64,000 nt of DNA from positions 186,001 through 250,000 of the forward strand of contig CAJFCJ010000010.1 of the NCBI GenBank assembly GCA_904063045.1. Reading direction: 5' to 3'. The notes under the pieces were generated by a model that was not told the DNA's origin, did no database searches, and saw only the letters and a list, made by a program, of their open reading frames with translations. A program made the position numbers and the translations under genes. Positions within the stretch are counted from its first letter, which is position 1, and each line of letters begins with the position of its first letter. Positions 1-11,545 of this stretch are shown here, in pieces. The stretch comes from Dimorphilus gyrociliatus (taxonomy: Eukaryota; Animalia; Annelida).

Positions 1-332
1 AGTATAAACAATTACATAGGCATGAAGCTCTCTGTTGTCCTTAACAAATTAAGATTGTCTCTTATTGAGTAAGAAATAAATAATCCACTTTTCAATCAAT
101 TTCAAATTCAATATTAAAATATAACTGTGTCCTATAGGATAATAGTAGTAAAAACACTAATATGAGTAATATTAATTGAACTCAGTATCGTCAGAAGAGA
201 ATGAAGGTTTGCAGGATTGGACAAGGGAGGGGAATTCCAAAAAAATACGATATTGACATTATCTATATGACTAATTATTAATTGATTTATATAATTCTGA
301 ATTGGTTATTTTTTTTCTTTTCATAAAAAAAG

Positions 333-2288
333 ATGTTGGAAAAGGCGGAAATACAATAAGCTTCTTGGATGAAATAGTAACGTCATCGTCCTGTTCTACA
401 ATCGATGTTGAACTATCCAAAGTAATTACTGTTAGTTGTAAATCTCCTCAAACTATTGGTGAAACTTCAATAACTTGGACTAGTAATAAGACAGAACAAA
501 CTTTTTCAAAGACAACCGATTCTCAACCTCTAGAAATTGATAAGTATAACGCAACGAATGGTATTGTAACAACAGCCCAAAAGAATGTGATAGTTACAAA
601 AAGGAACGAAATTATCGAAGTTACTTGTGAGTTTCATTTACCGGATAATACAACTAAAATTACATGCGCTAAATTAAGGGGAGATCGTAAGTATAGGCTA
701 CTTATAATTAAGGAGTAGAATCAAAGTTATTATTTTCCCTCTGTTTTCAGCTTTGAACGAATGTTCAACAAGTCCTTGCAAGAATGGCGCCACTTGCGTC
801 GATCAGTTTAAGAATTTTACGTGTCAATGCCCTTCTTGCTATGGAGGGAATACTTGCGAGATTGGTAAAAAATTAATCATTATATTTAATTGATTTTTCT
901 TAAACATATAAATTTATTCTCTCTAAATTGGAAAATTCTCTACTATTCTTCGCTATTTAGATAAAATTGATGAATGCGCAAGTAATCCTTGTCCGTCCAA
1001 ATCAACTTGCGAAAATTTATGCGATGCCTATAAATGCACCTGTAATGTTAACTACAAAGGACCACTCTGCGACAAACGTAAGTAAATACTTCGTTAAATT
1101 TTAATTGATTATCTATTAAAACTGTTATCCTTTTACAAAAGCGTGTGGAAATATTAAATCTATTGACTCTGATACTCGAGTTCTTTATGGAACAAAACTC
1201 AATTTAACATGCGTAAAGAATTCTACTGATGGAAAATGTAACTAAAAATAGAATTTCTCATCCCTGCATTACAATGCAATTATTTAAATGATTTTCTTTT
1301 TGTTCTATCACTTTTAGATTCGTGGAAAGATGAAGCTGACAAGGAATTAAGTACTGATTCAGTTTTTGCGATTCAAGCTAATTTCTTGACTGCAAAACAT
1401 TACTATTGTAATGTTAAAACTGATGAATGTATATCAAAGTCACACATTAGAGTTTCCACCTACTATACCATTCATCCAAACACTACGGAAAAGAAAAATA
1501 TAGAGAAAAAAATAGGTGATAAAGTTGAATTAAAATGTACTGGTGAGGGCAGTCCAACTCCTCTTCTCTTTTGGAGATTTTCTGCTGAAGCTCAAGATGC
1601 TGGTGGAAATGTCACTACTCCTGAACCAACTAAAGCGTCGATTGTTACAAATAAGACAATCAACTCAACGACCTACGTTATTGACAAACTTTCTAAGGCA
1701 GACTTTGGAAAATATGAGTGTGTTGCTGAGATTGGACAGACTATTAAAAAGGTTATTCAGATTCTCAATCTAAAGGAAGCACCTTCGGAGGATGACAGTG
1801 GTCTTAAATGGTGGATTATCCTTCTTATAGTTCTTGGGAGCGTTTTGTTAGTGGCAGGAATAGTTATTTTGATTGTGGTATTGTGCATTAAGGGTGAATG
1901 CCCCGAATGTTGTACTTGTTGTAAATTACCTGCAATATGTCCTGCTGAGAAGTCGGTTGAAATCTCGAAAAGAGATCCTGCAAATGAACCAATGAAAAAT
2001 CCGATTATTAAAACAGAAACTGTAAATGAACAAGAAGAGAGAGATAACGAAGACGGTCTTACTTCAACAGGAAAAGGTTATCATTTACCTCCATCGTATA
2101 CAAAACCAGGAGCTCTACCTCCATTACCAGCAGCCAATCCAGTAAGTACTCCCCCTACTACTGTTAGAGATTTTCAATATAATTCTGAGTTATGTTTACA
2201 GGAAAAGAAAAGGAGAAGAAAAAAGAAGAAGCCTGTAGATACAGTAGACGAGGGAGAAGAAGATGAAACTAGAGAAAATGCAGACTAA
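333..2288 (+). CDS. Single-pass cell-surface protein, Ig-EGF-EGF-Ig-Ig-TM-cytoplasmic tail; first exon/signal peptide not resolved
   Basis: Exons 333-686, 751-864, 961-1077, 1142-1237 and 1318-2288 join through phase-1 GT-AG introns. EGF repeats LNECSTSPCKNGATCVDQFKNFTCQCPSCYGGNTCE and IDECASNPCPSKSTCENLCDAYKCTCNVNYKGPLCD. Ig I-set signature VELKCTGEGSPTP..FW...DFGKYECVA. TM WWIILLIVLGSVLLVAGIVILIVVLCI. Confidence 0.8.
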
Positions 2289-3308
2289 CTATATTTTAAT
2301 AGTTTATAAGCAAACGTTCTCAATTTCTTAAAACTTTCACCTAACTGAAAAATTGTTCATTAGGTGTATTGCGGTTTATTAAAACTGCAGAATTTTGTTA
2401 AATATTGATAAAAACGTGCCTATTAAAATTAAGAAAGGATTTACTGTATATAATATGAATATATTTCAAATTGAATTCATTTTAAACCCTTTTTCCAGTC
2501 GTTGATTGTCTTCCATTTTCCTTTCCCATATTATATTCTCTTTCTCTTATTTTGCTATCAGTGCAAGAACATTTTCAATTCTTTAAATAGTAGAAAGAGA
2601 GAATAAAAGACATATTCAAATTTTACTATTTCATTTTAAAAGGATATAAAGAAACCTAAAAGCTATTCTTCCGTAATAAAAAGGAATAATTAAGTAAATA
2701 TTTGATTGAAAAACTGAATAATTCGTTAATTATATCATTTGTAATTAGATTAAAGAAAGATAAAAGAGAGAGACTATATGTATTGTTTTGTTTGTTTTAT
2801 ATTTCATCATTTTATTGACTTACTTTCTTTTTAATCGATTACTTTAAGAGTTTAAATAACTTTAATAATAGGCCGAAGACAAGGCTTTTTATACGAATAT
2901 TTAAAGAACATAGTTAATCTTTAAAATGATATGTCAAAGATGATATATTGTTTCTATGTCAGTTATATTCAATTAATTCTCATATTCCAATAACTAACTA
3001 CCTTTAAAACATTTTTTCTACCTTCCTTCATCCCTCGATCCTCATTCCATCACTTCCCTTCCACCTGGTGGGACTATTATTTATATCCCTCAACTAATTT
3101 TAAAACTTTCTGCATAGGGTCATTTTCTTATGCTCTCCTCATTTAATAGTTTTGAAATAGGTATTCTCTAAATCAATTGTGGAGAGTTCTTATCAGTAGA
3201 AGCTATTAAATAATTTTCTTTATGAAGAAATAAGATGATTGTTTATTTCTTGAAATATGAGAAGAATTTTATACTTTTCTCCTCTTTTCATAATCCCCGC
3301 ATATATTT

Positions 3309-3352
3309 GTCATGTGATTGATCATGTGACATGGTTTTTTTTTACCACGTGA
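3309..3352. promoter_or_regulatory. Cluster of three E-box/M-box (CLEAR-like) motifs upstream of MITD1
   Basis: GTCATGTGA 3309-3317, TCATGTGAC 3322-3330 and CACGTGA 3346-3352, about 220 bp before the MITD1 ATG. Confidence 0.5.
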
Positions 3353-3568
3353 TATAAGACCTATTCAAGCTGAAAAATGCTATTTAATAATAGTGAATAG
3401 GCAAACACTGGGCATTTTAGAAATTTCTTCTCTCGATAAAATTGACTGTTACAATTTTAAAAAATTAGAGCTTATCTTATCAAGTTTCTTTCTTATGAAT
3501 ATTAAGCAAAAAAGTACTAGATTAAAAATATATAAAATTACGCTTGGATCATTATAATCGCAGTAACA

Positions 3569-4981
3569 ATGGCTGATAAACTTTCTGGAGTCCAGTCATC
3601 AGCTGCCTCAGTTTTAAAAAGAGCTGTTGAACTTGACAATGATAAAAGATATTCAGATGCCCTTGTATGCTATCAAGAAGGTTTAGATCTTCTATTGCAA
3701 GTCATGAAAAGTAAGAATCAAGTTGTTAAACAGATTGACAGTACCAACTAGAGAACTTTATATTTTCAGTCGTAAATGAAGAAAAAAAGAAACAATACTA
3801 TAGAGAAAAAATATCAAATTATATGGCGAGAGCCGAAAAATTAAAAGAAGTAATTAAACAAGAAGAATCATTAAAAAATAGTTTGTTGTTTTCTTTTTTT
3901 ACAAAGATGATATTTCATACAAAAGCAAATATAGATGAAGTCACGCACATTTATATAAAAGACGATGATACTGGCTTTGGATACGAAAAGATATTTGGTA
4001 AATATTTAACAATGTCGGTAACAGAGGTAATCGTAGAAGATCCATATATAAGGAATCATCACCAGGTAAACTAGAGATAATTTTCCACACCCACAATTTT
4101 CATTCAGACGTGTTTCTTCAATTTCATTTCCCTCATAAGTCTATTTGTATTTACACTGGAAAGGAGAAAGGGAATGAAGGAAGGAACAAATGAAAGAGAG
4201 AACCGACTAAGAATGATATAATTTTAGAAAACAATAAAAATAGGAGAGGAAGAGTATACAAAGTAAAAAGAGAAATACATAGACAAAAAAAAAAGAACAC
4301 CAAGCGTTTTTTTTATAAATATATAGTTTTTTTTTTAAAGAAAAAAGAACTTGAAAAAGAGAAAAACTTGTTTTTATATAGATATTTTTTTTTAAAAGGT
4401 TAAAAAAAAAAATTCTCATCCTTTTTTTTTTCTTTGTATCATTTAACCAAATTATTCTTACTAAAAAATTTCTTTTATTCTATTTTTAGATCCTAAATTT
4501 TTTGAGATTCTGCGAAACAATCATAAAATCGGAAGCAAAAGTTAAAGTAATAAAATTGATAACAAGCTATGATCAGGTTAATATTCCATTAGCATCAACG
4601 TTTAATTTCGTTGTATGTTAATCTTATTTGCATATATATGTTTTAAATAGAATGATAGTAATATTAAGGAAGATCAACAAAAAAAGTTAGGCTTAATTAA
4701 GGAAAATTTGAAAAAGTATTCTATTGAATTAGAGATAAGCTTTTCGGAAACTTTACATGATCGAGAAATAACGTTAGTATATACAAACACTCTTAAATAT
4801 ACAGCATTGCCTTAATCTTGCATTTTATTTTATGTTTATTAATAGACTTAACAATGGATGGAAAATTAAAATTGGCAGAGGTTTGAATTATTTCAAAAAA
4901 GTTGGTAAATTTGACATTGGAACTTATGACTATGATTTGAGAAGTTGCCTTGAAACTATAATTGATATATATAAAATGTAA
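3569..4981 (+). CDS. MITD1: MIT domain-containing protein 1 (ESCRT-III-associated, MIT plus PLD-like domain)
   Basis: MIT domain [34 protein letters not shown]. Downstream exons give [44 protein letters not shown] and [11 protein letters not shown]; stop at 4979-4981. Six exons, GT-AG. Confidence 0.93.
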
Positions 4982-5415
4982 AGAATTTTCTTAAATATAC
5001 TTTTTTCTCTGTTTTAACTTCAGGTTTTTCGAATTTATATCATTAAATCAACGCCATCTAGTATTTGTTTTGACTTATTTGGTCAGTAATAAGAAAGGGT
5101 ATAAGTTACAGCTCCATTAGAAAAGTAACGTGTGTTAATAGATAGACATGCTGATACATCTTATAGATTATTTGTAAAGATAATACTATATTCTATATTT
5201 GTGAAGATTTACCTAATTGAAATATTTAAATGAATTAAGAATTAGCAGATTGAATAAGAAATCTGTCTTTTTTTTGTTTGTTTTCCAGTTTTGTTTTGCA
5301 GTTTACTTTGTTCTTTCAAGAGAAAATATTTAACGTTTCTTTGCTTCTTTTTCAAGAGTATCTTCTTCGTGAAGAGAAAAAGCTTTTGCTAATAACCTTT
5401 TTTCTCTTCTTCAAG

Positions 5416-8400
5416 CTATAATGCAGTTTCTGTTGTTCCACTTCTCTTGCCGGATGTGGAAGTCAAAGATCCAAGAGTCCTAATATCTTTCATGCTATCT
5501 ATCTGCAGTTCTTGATTTTCAATAATATGCATTGGCAACCTTTCATCCAAGGCTAATTTTTCTTTTCTCATTAATTCACCTCTCCTCTCCAATTGTTCTG
5601 TATAAATAATTGATAAGTTCATATTTGATTTGCCTCTCTTTGCAAGCTTCTTTTTGCGGAATTTTTGGCGTAAAGTTCGGCGAAATTTCCTCGAACCTAA
5701 AGCGTAAATCAATGGATTTACACTAGCTGACAAAAGAGTTATCATTTTTGCAAAACAGCCAATAATCTTGGTAATCCTACTAATTTCACTTTCGGAAAGA
5801 CTTTCGTCTAACTTAGAGTAAAAAGACGGTGTCCATAGTAACAGAAATGCTACTAATAATCCTACAAGTCTAACAGTAGTGGTAGATTTCCCCTTGATAT
5901 TTTGATAGGAATGAGAAACACCAGAAATACTGGATAAATTTTCGCCATCAACTTTACTTTCGTTATTTGTTGGCGCAGTTACAAGTATTCTCGTATTCAC
6001 ATCTCCAATTCTTCTTGCGTGATTTCTAGCAATTACTATTATTCTTATATAACAATAAATCATCATAGAAAGAGGTAGCATATAACAAGAAGCGAAATAA
6101 AAAATTGAATAGGATTTACTCTTTTTCCATACAACATCACATCCTAATCTCCAGTCGACCATTTCGATATCAGCCCAGCCAAATAGTGGTACAATAGTTA
6201 CTAAGAAAGCTTGACCCCATGTCCAAACAATCAGCTTAAGAGCGTAGCGAGAATTTGATTGACTGGAGTGTTCGAAACAGTGAATGACCGCATGATATCT
6301 ATCGAATGAAATGCAGGCTAACCACAAAAGACTTGATAGTTCCGGCAGATTCGTTAGAAGGAAGACGAAAGTACAGGCATTCTAATAGAGAAAAGAATCT
6401 GTATATAGTATATACAGTATACTGTAAAAACTAATACATGACATAAAATGGAGGTTAACGTCATTTAAATGGATACACCACTTTCAGCTTATTACTATAT
6501 ATATAATTGGATACATTATAAGCTAATTTTAATTAATTAATCGAAATATTAAAGGTCAAAATATTAGTATTAAGTGTCAATTGAATTAAGGAGTTTCCTT
6601 TGTTGTCTGCGCCCTTTCCCTCAAAGATTATTCTATTATCATAATCAATTCAATTTCCAAATTAATAACTTTTAATTTTTTTAAATTAGGTTAATTAATA
6701 ACTTTTTAACTATTATTATAAAAATTATAAAATTTTTTCCTTATAATTAGTAATTTTCGATAAACAGAAAAGAAAACAGCAAAAAAACACTATTTAAATA
6801 ATTAAATAATTAATTATGGTACATGATTAAAAAAGAAAAAAAGCAATGTGACATAGACAGGTGCGGAAGATGTCGAATTTCATTCCCTCCCTCTTTCTCA
6901 AAAAAGAAAACAAAAATAGAAAGAGAAAGAAGTATAACAAAGAAACTATCTTTTATCCTGTCATCCTCATTTAATGTATAGTGCGCTCTTTCTTTTCTGT
7001 TTTTTTTTTATGCTTTATTTTCAAAGCGATCCCATATACCGTGTTTTTTTTTCCTTATCTATTCCTAGCAAAAATTATGGATTGTATGGACGATGTCGAA
7101 AGGTTGTTTTATTTTATTTTTTTACTTTTATCTGGTTGTATTGTGTGCAAAAAAAAAAGTCAAATTAGAAAAATCGGGCTTCAGACAACATCTCTTTTTA
7201 CGCTTTAGATGAAATTTGAAACGTTTCTATTAGCGTTTGTCATGTATTTTTTTTCCTGAAAAGTCACTTGTTAGCTCTTAAGACATTATTAACAAGAGAA
7301 CTTAAAAAGCGGTTTTTTAGCTTTTATAGGTATTCTTAAGATGTTTTAATCACTTGAAGGATAAACCCTGCTAATATAGAGCTTAACAAAAAAATCTATA
7401 TAGATGATAGTTGATAAAACAGAGAAATCGAAAACTGGAAGAAAATGGAATAAGTCTATTATAAAAGTTTACAATAAGAAAAGAACTATACTCTGAATGT
7501 ATAGATATCATACATATATTCTATACTCTCCTCCTTAATAGGAATTTGTTGTTGCACATAGAATGAACTGCTGCATCCTCTACAGGAAGAGTAACACAAT
7601 TTTTATTGTTGCCTATTGAAAAGATTACCAAGTATCTCATAGGGAAAGTTGAAATATGTGCACTTAGTAAGTTTAGATTACACCTTTGACAGTCCATTGT
7701 CAAAATATGTAGAATAACACCTTTAAATCATAATTTACTAAAATGTTTTTATATAGAAAATTAACATAGACATCCAGTTCATTTATTTCTAGGAATAGTT
7801 AAAAGAAAATATTCATATTAGTGTATAGAAGGGCAAAGATACAAGAGCGAGAGAGAGAGAGAAAAAAGAGAGAGATAGACAGAGGGATGTGAGACAGAAA
7901 ATGACTGAGGATAAAGGATAAAAAAAGAAATTTTTTTAGCTTTAGATAGAATCCTTTCAGGATAATAAACAAAGGATGGAATTCGGGAAGGGAGGCGGAG
8001 TGCAATGGTGAATTTTTTATGTGGTTAATTAGGTAAACGTTTGGTTTTCCTACCTATAATTTAAATATAATAAAAATACTTTACTTATTTTATATAATAA
8101 TCCATCTTTACAGTGTCTTTAATAATATTCCCTATAATATTAAGGTGCTGTATTTTTTGTATAATAATTACTTCTTCGTTAATTAAGCTACTAACCCAGA
8201 ATTATGGAACGCGTTATCTCATTTAAACCCTTCTTAATAAATCATTCTCCTCACCTATGATTAATATTATTAGCAGACAATGAACCCGTGTAGGCTGAAT
8301 TTTGGACAAATAACAAAAACATTTGTTAAACCCTAATCTACACAAGGAAAAAAGTGTAAAGATGTGAATAGTAGAAGCTTAAAGTCCATATATCTAATAT

Positions 8401-9206
8401 ACAGTGTCTTTTGTTAAAATACTACTAGTAGCTAAATTGGCAGAATATGTCCAATAAATTGAGCATAGAAACAATATTAAAAACAAAGAAACATTGAAAT
8501 AAAATTAACAAATTAACAATATTAAGACTAATAATAATATTAAGGAAATATGTGTTAAGATAAGTTAATTAATTTTAGATAAACACTGTTTAATTAGTAA
8601 GAGGATATACTTGCTATTTTGTTTTTAAAAGTTATTTTTAGGCTATCTACAGTATTTTAGTGCAATGCAGAGTAAGTAAAATAAAAAAAAAAGAGAGAGA
8701 GAGAGAACATACAGTTTTATTTGAATATAATAAATCCTTTTCTCAATTATTAAATAATTATTCTAATAATTAGTTATATACTAAAAAGCTATTTTTATAG
8801 ATTTTCGGGTTTAATTATGATATTTTAGTTGAAATATTGAATTAATTATACTTTTATTTCTTTTTTTTTTCCTTTCTCCTTTTGCAATTTATAGTATTTT
8901 TAGTTTTTTTCTAGATATTTTAAAATTTACCTGTGAAAAATTATGTTGCTTTATTACAATTGATAAAGAAATTGGTACGGCGACAATCCCCGTTAATAAA
9001 TCTCCAATTGCCAAATTTATGAGAAAAACCGATGTAATATTGCGTAATCGTTTTAGTGTAACTATTGCCAAAATAACTAAACTGTTCGTAAAGATAGACA
9101 CAACAGCAATTAGGAATAAAAATGCTGTAATTAGTATCCTATATGCCGATGATAATTCTTCCAAGAAATTTGTGCCATTTGAGCTAAAAGTAGTCTTGTT
9201 CGTCAT
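5416..9206 (-). CDS. Orphan rhodopsin-family (class A) GPCR, two coding exons
   Basis: Exon 1 (9206-8931) encodes TM1-2 (FTNSLVI, FLINLAIGDLL). After a ~2.5-kb intron, exon 2 (~6382-5416) encodes NACTF...SFDRY, LWTP in TM6 and NPLIY in TM7. Confidence 0.9.
8109..8152. mobile_element. 44-bp degenerate Tc1-like remnant (TA-CAG...CTG-TA mini inverted repeat)
   Basis: The left arm TACAGTGTCTTTAATA and the reverse complement of the right arm TACAGCACCTTAATATT share TACAG...CTT(T)AATA. The left end TACAGTGTCTTT recurs at 8400-8411. Confidence 0.35.
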
Positions 9207-10209
9207 TTCTCAACCTATGAAGTTTTCACCATCAACCTGCCGGCATGGCGCCATCTATGAAAATTCCTCGCCTGTCCTTTCCCACGTAGTGAGCTCGCAA
9301 TTGAAAGGGAAATCAGGACAAAAGTATATCAAAGGCGTGTAATAAACTATTTAAACTGCTTAGTCTAATTTGACGGAGAAATTAGAGACAAGAAATGAAA
9401 CATTCAAACAGTTTTAATGCCTTTGACCGATAGTAACCTTGATAAAAACGCTAATGAAACTGATGTACTTTTGAAATTTTACACGCTTTCCATATGTGTT
9501 TCCCAAGTTAATAAAGGCATAAACAATGCCAATAGAAATGGCTGATGAATTTCTTAAATTAAATCAGAGTACCTGTTTTTTTCTCTCCATCAATTTTTAG
9601 CAATTGCTTTTATCTCTTTTTCTGTATTTCTCTCATTCTTTAGGCTTAAAGTCACACTATATTTTAATTAATACCATATATGTACACAGTAAACTGTGCA
9701 TACAGAATGGCACACATACGTGATATTATATAGTGGCATGTATATATAAAAAGGAAGAGTGTATATAAACATATCTTTATATATAGTATATGTTATATTA
9801 TATGTAAACGGATAAAGATAAATCTTCAGTTTTAAAAGAGTACTATAATAGGTAATTTACTTATATTCACTTAATAGAATTTCTTTTGGTCGATATGATT
9901 ATAATAGACATCCGACTCTTATCCGTCAATAGCATATTAGATGGAGTAGAAGAATTTCTACGCATTAGTTTCGAAAACATCAAGTATAGATTGAAGTTTT
10001 CTAATAAACATCTAATTATGAATTTAGATGGATTGTGATTACTTATGCTCTATCTATAAAACAAACAATGTATATCTGTTACATCTATGTTGCACTCAAA
10101 AATTCTGTATTTCGTCATCTTCAATCAGCAAATGTACAGAAAAAGAAAGAGGTTTTAACAACCACTTGAGCCACGCCCTTCACTTCGGTACGCCTCTATC
10201 AAGATAATT

Positions 10210-11170
10210 TCACTGCCACCAACTAAGAATTTCCTTCTGTCGCTTCCTCTCCAATTCCGATACTTTATCAACTTTCATGGGAAAATCGTATACGGCTGGA
10301 AAATAGTCTTTATGCACTAGTTTCATGTCCATTAGTCGGCGGTGATAGGTCTTCAAGAAGTGTCCTGTTATTCTCTTTTTCTGAGAATCTTCTGATAGTG
10401 AATTACCTGCCTCAGGCCGAGGCATATATATTAATTCCCCATTTGACTTTAAGGTCATTTGAGAAAGTAAGTTATCGTCCTCTGGTAAACCTTGTGGAAG
10501 TTTTAAAGGCTGAATAACTAATAGATGCTTAACTTCTTTTAATAGTTTATTATTTTCGGGCGTATTCATAACGACAACAGGTTTATTGCACTGTAAGTGT
10601 AAAAATATTTAAAGTTGTTAGAGTATACTGGAGACGATCTACATTTTACTTACTTTCTCCTTTAAATTAAACTTTTCAATTATTCTTTTTTCCCACCATG
10701 GCCTATGTCTTAGCGGCTTAACTCGATAGACAACATGCAATTTTGCAGGTTCTTCTTGATTTTCTTTAGATAACTCTCTTTCTTTTTTAAATTCTATGAG
10801 TGGTTTTGCCCATGCTGTGACAGCGGGTGGTTTTCTATCCCTCGGCCTATGTCGAAACATCATAGATTTTTATACTAAAAGCTAACATTAATTAAACAAT
10901 TATTACCTTCTGAGAAATCGTCGACCGCAATATTGATAAGGTAAAGTAGCATTCTAAAGTTAAAAGAAACATGTTTTGATAATGAGCGATAAAACAAGTA
11001 TAAACACAATAAAACAAATTTATTTAGATAACTAAATATTGTTAAACATTATATATAAGACAATTAAAATAAATTATAAATACATAAATCAAACAATAAT
11101 AGAAAAGTCTATTAAATTTTACCTTAAAGATATTAGAAGAGAATTTTAAAATATTTGTGAAGGTCGCCAT
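10210..11170 (-). CDS. MRPL30: Mitochondrial ribosomal protein uL30m
   Basis: Four exons from ATG 11170 (MATFTNILKF). L30 core KLHVVYRVKPLRHRPWWEKRIIEKFNL...PVVVMNTPENNKLLKEVKHLLVIQPLKLPQGLP. Confidence 0.9.
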
Positions 11171-11545
11171 GCTTTATAATCAACACGGTTGTGTTAAAAT
11201 ATACTCAATATAGAACTACTGAAACTATTTTGAAAAAGAAAACTTTCCTAAATAAAGAAAATTCTTATTAAAATTAAAAATATCGTATACTTTAAAAATT
11301 TCTGAAATCCCTGTTATATTTTCAATAATGGTACAGTTTTGTAAAAGCCTACATATAGAAATGAAGAATGCGATATTTTATTAGATCTGTAAATATATTT
11401 GTAAACTGAATATATAGTTGCAGAGTTATGTACAAACAATAGAAAGTTCCACAAATAAGAAAATGATAGAATGGAAAAACAGTACTATATTAATTTACAA
11501 GACGAAAATGTGAATTTACTTAAGAATACTTTATACTTGAATTAT

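Noticed and set aside
4207-4419. F/K/L-rich ORF in the MITD1 intron, and similar ORFs at 6974-7208, 7799-8005, 54261-54727 and 56256-56474
   Set aside because: Translations of low-complexity A/T tracts and microsatellites.
5700-5770. GPCR as an opsin (FAK motif in TM7)
   Set aside because: The Lys is at 7.39, not the retinal-binding 7.43, which is Leu.
7541-7666. Exon-like + strand segment in the GPCR intron (good acceptor, GTAAGT donor)
   Set aside because: Stops in all three frames, and the GPCR needs no extra exon; at most a non-coding antisense exon.
9019-9342. 107-aa + strand ORF
   Set aside because: Antisense shadow of GPCR exon 1; no homology recognised.
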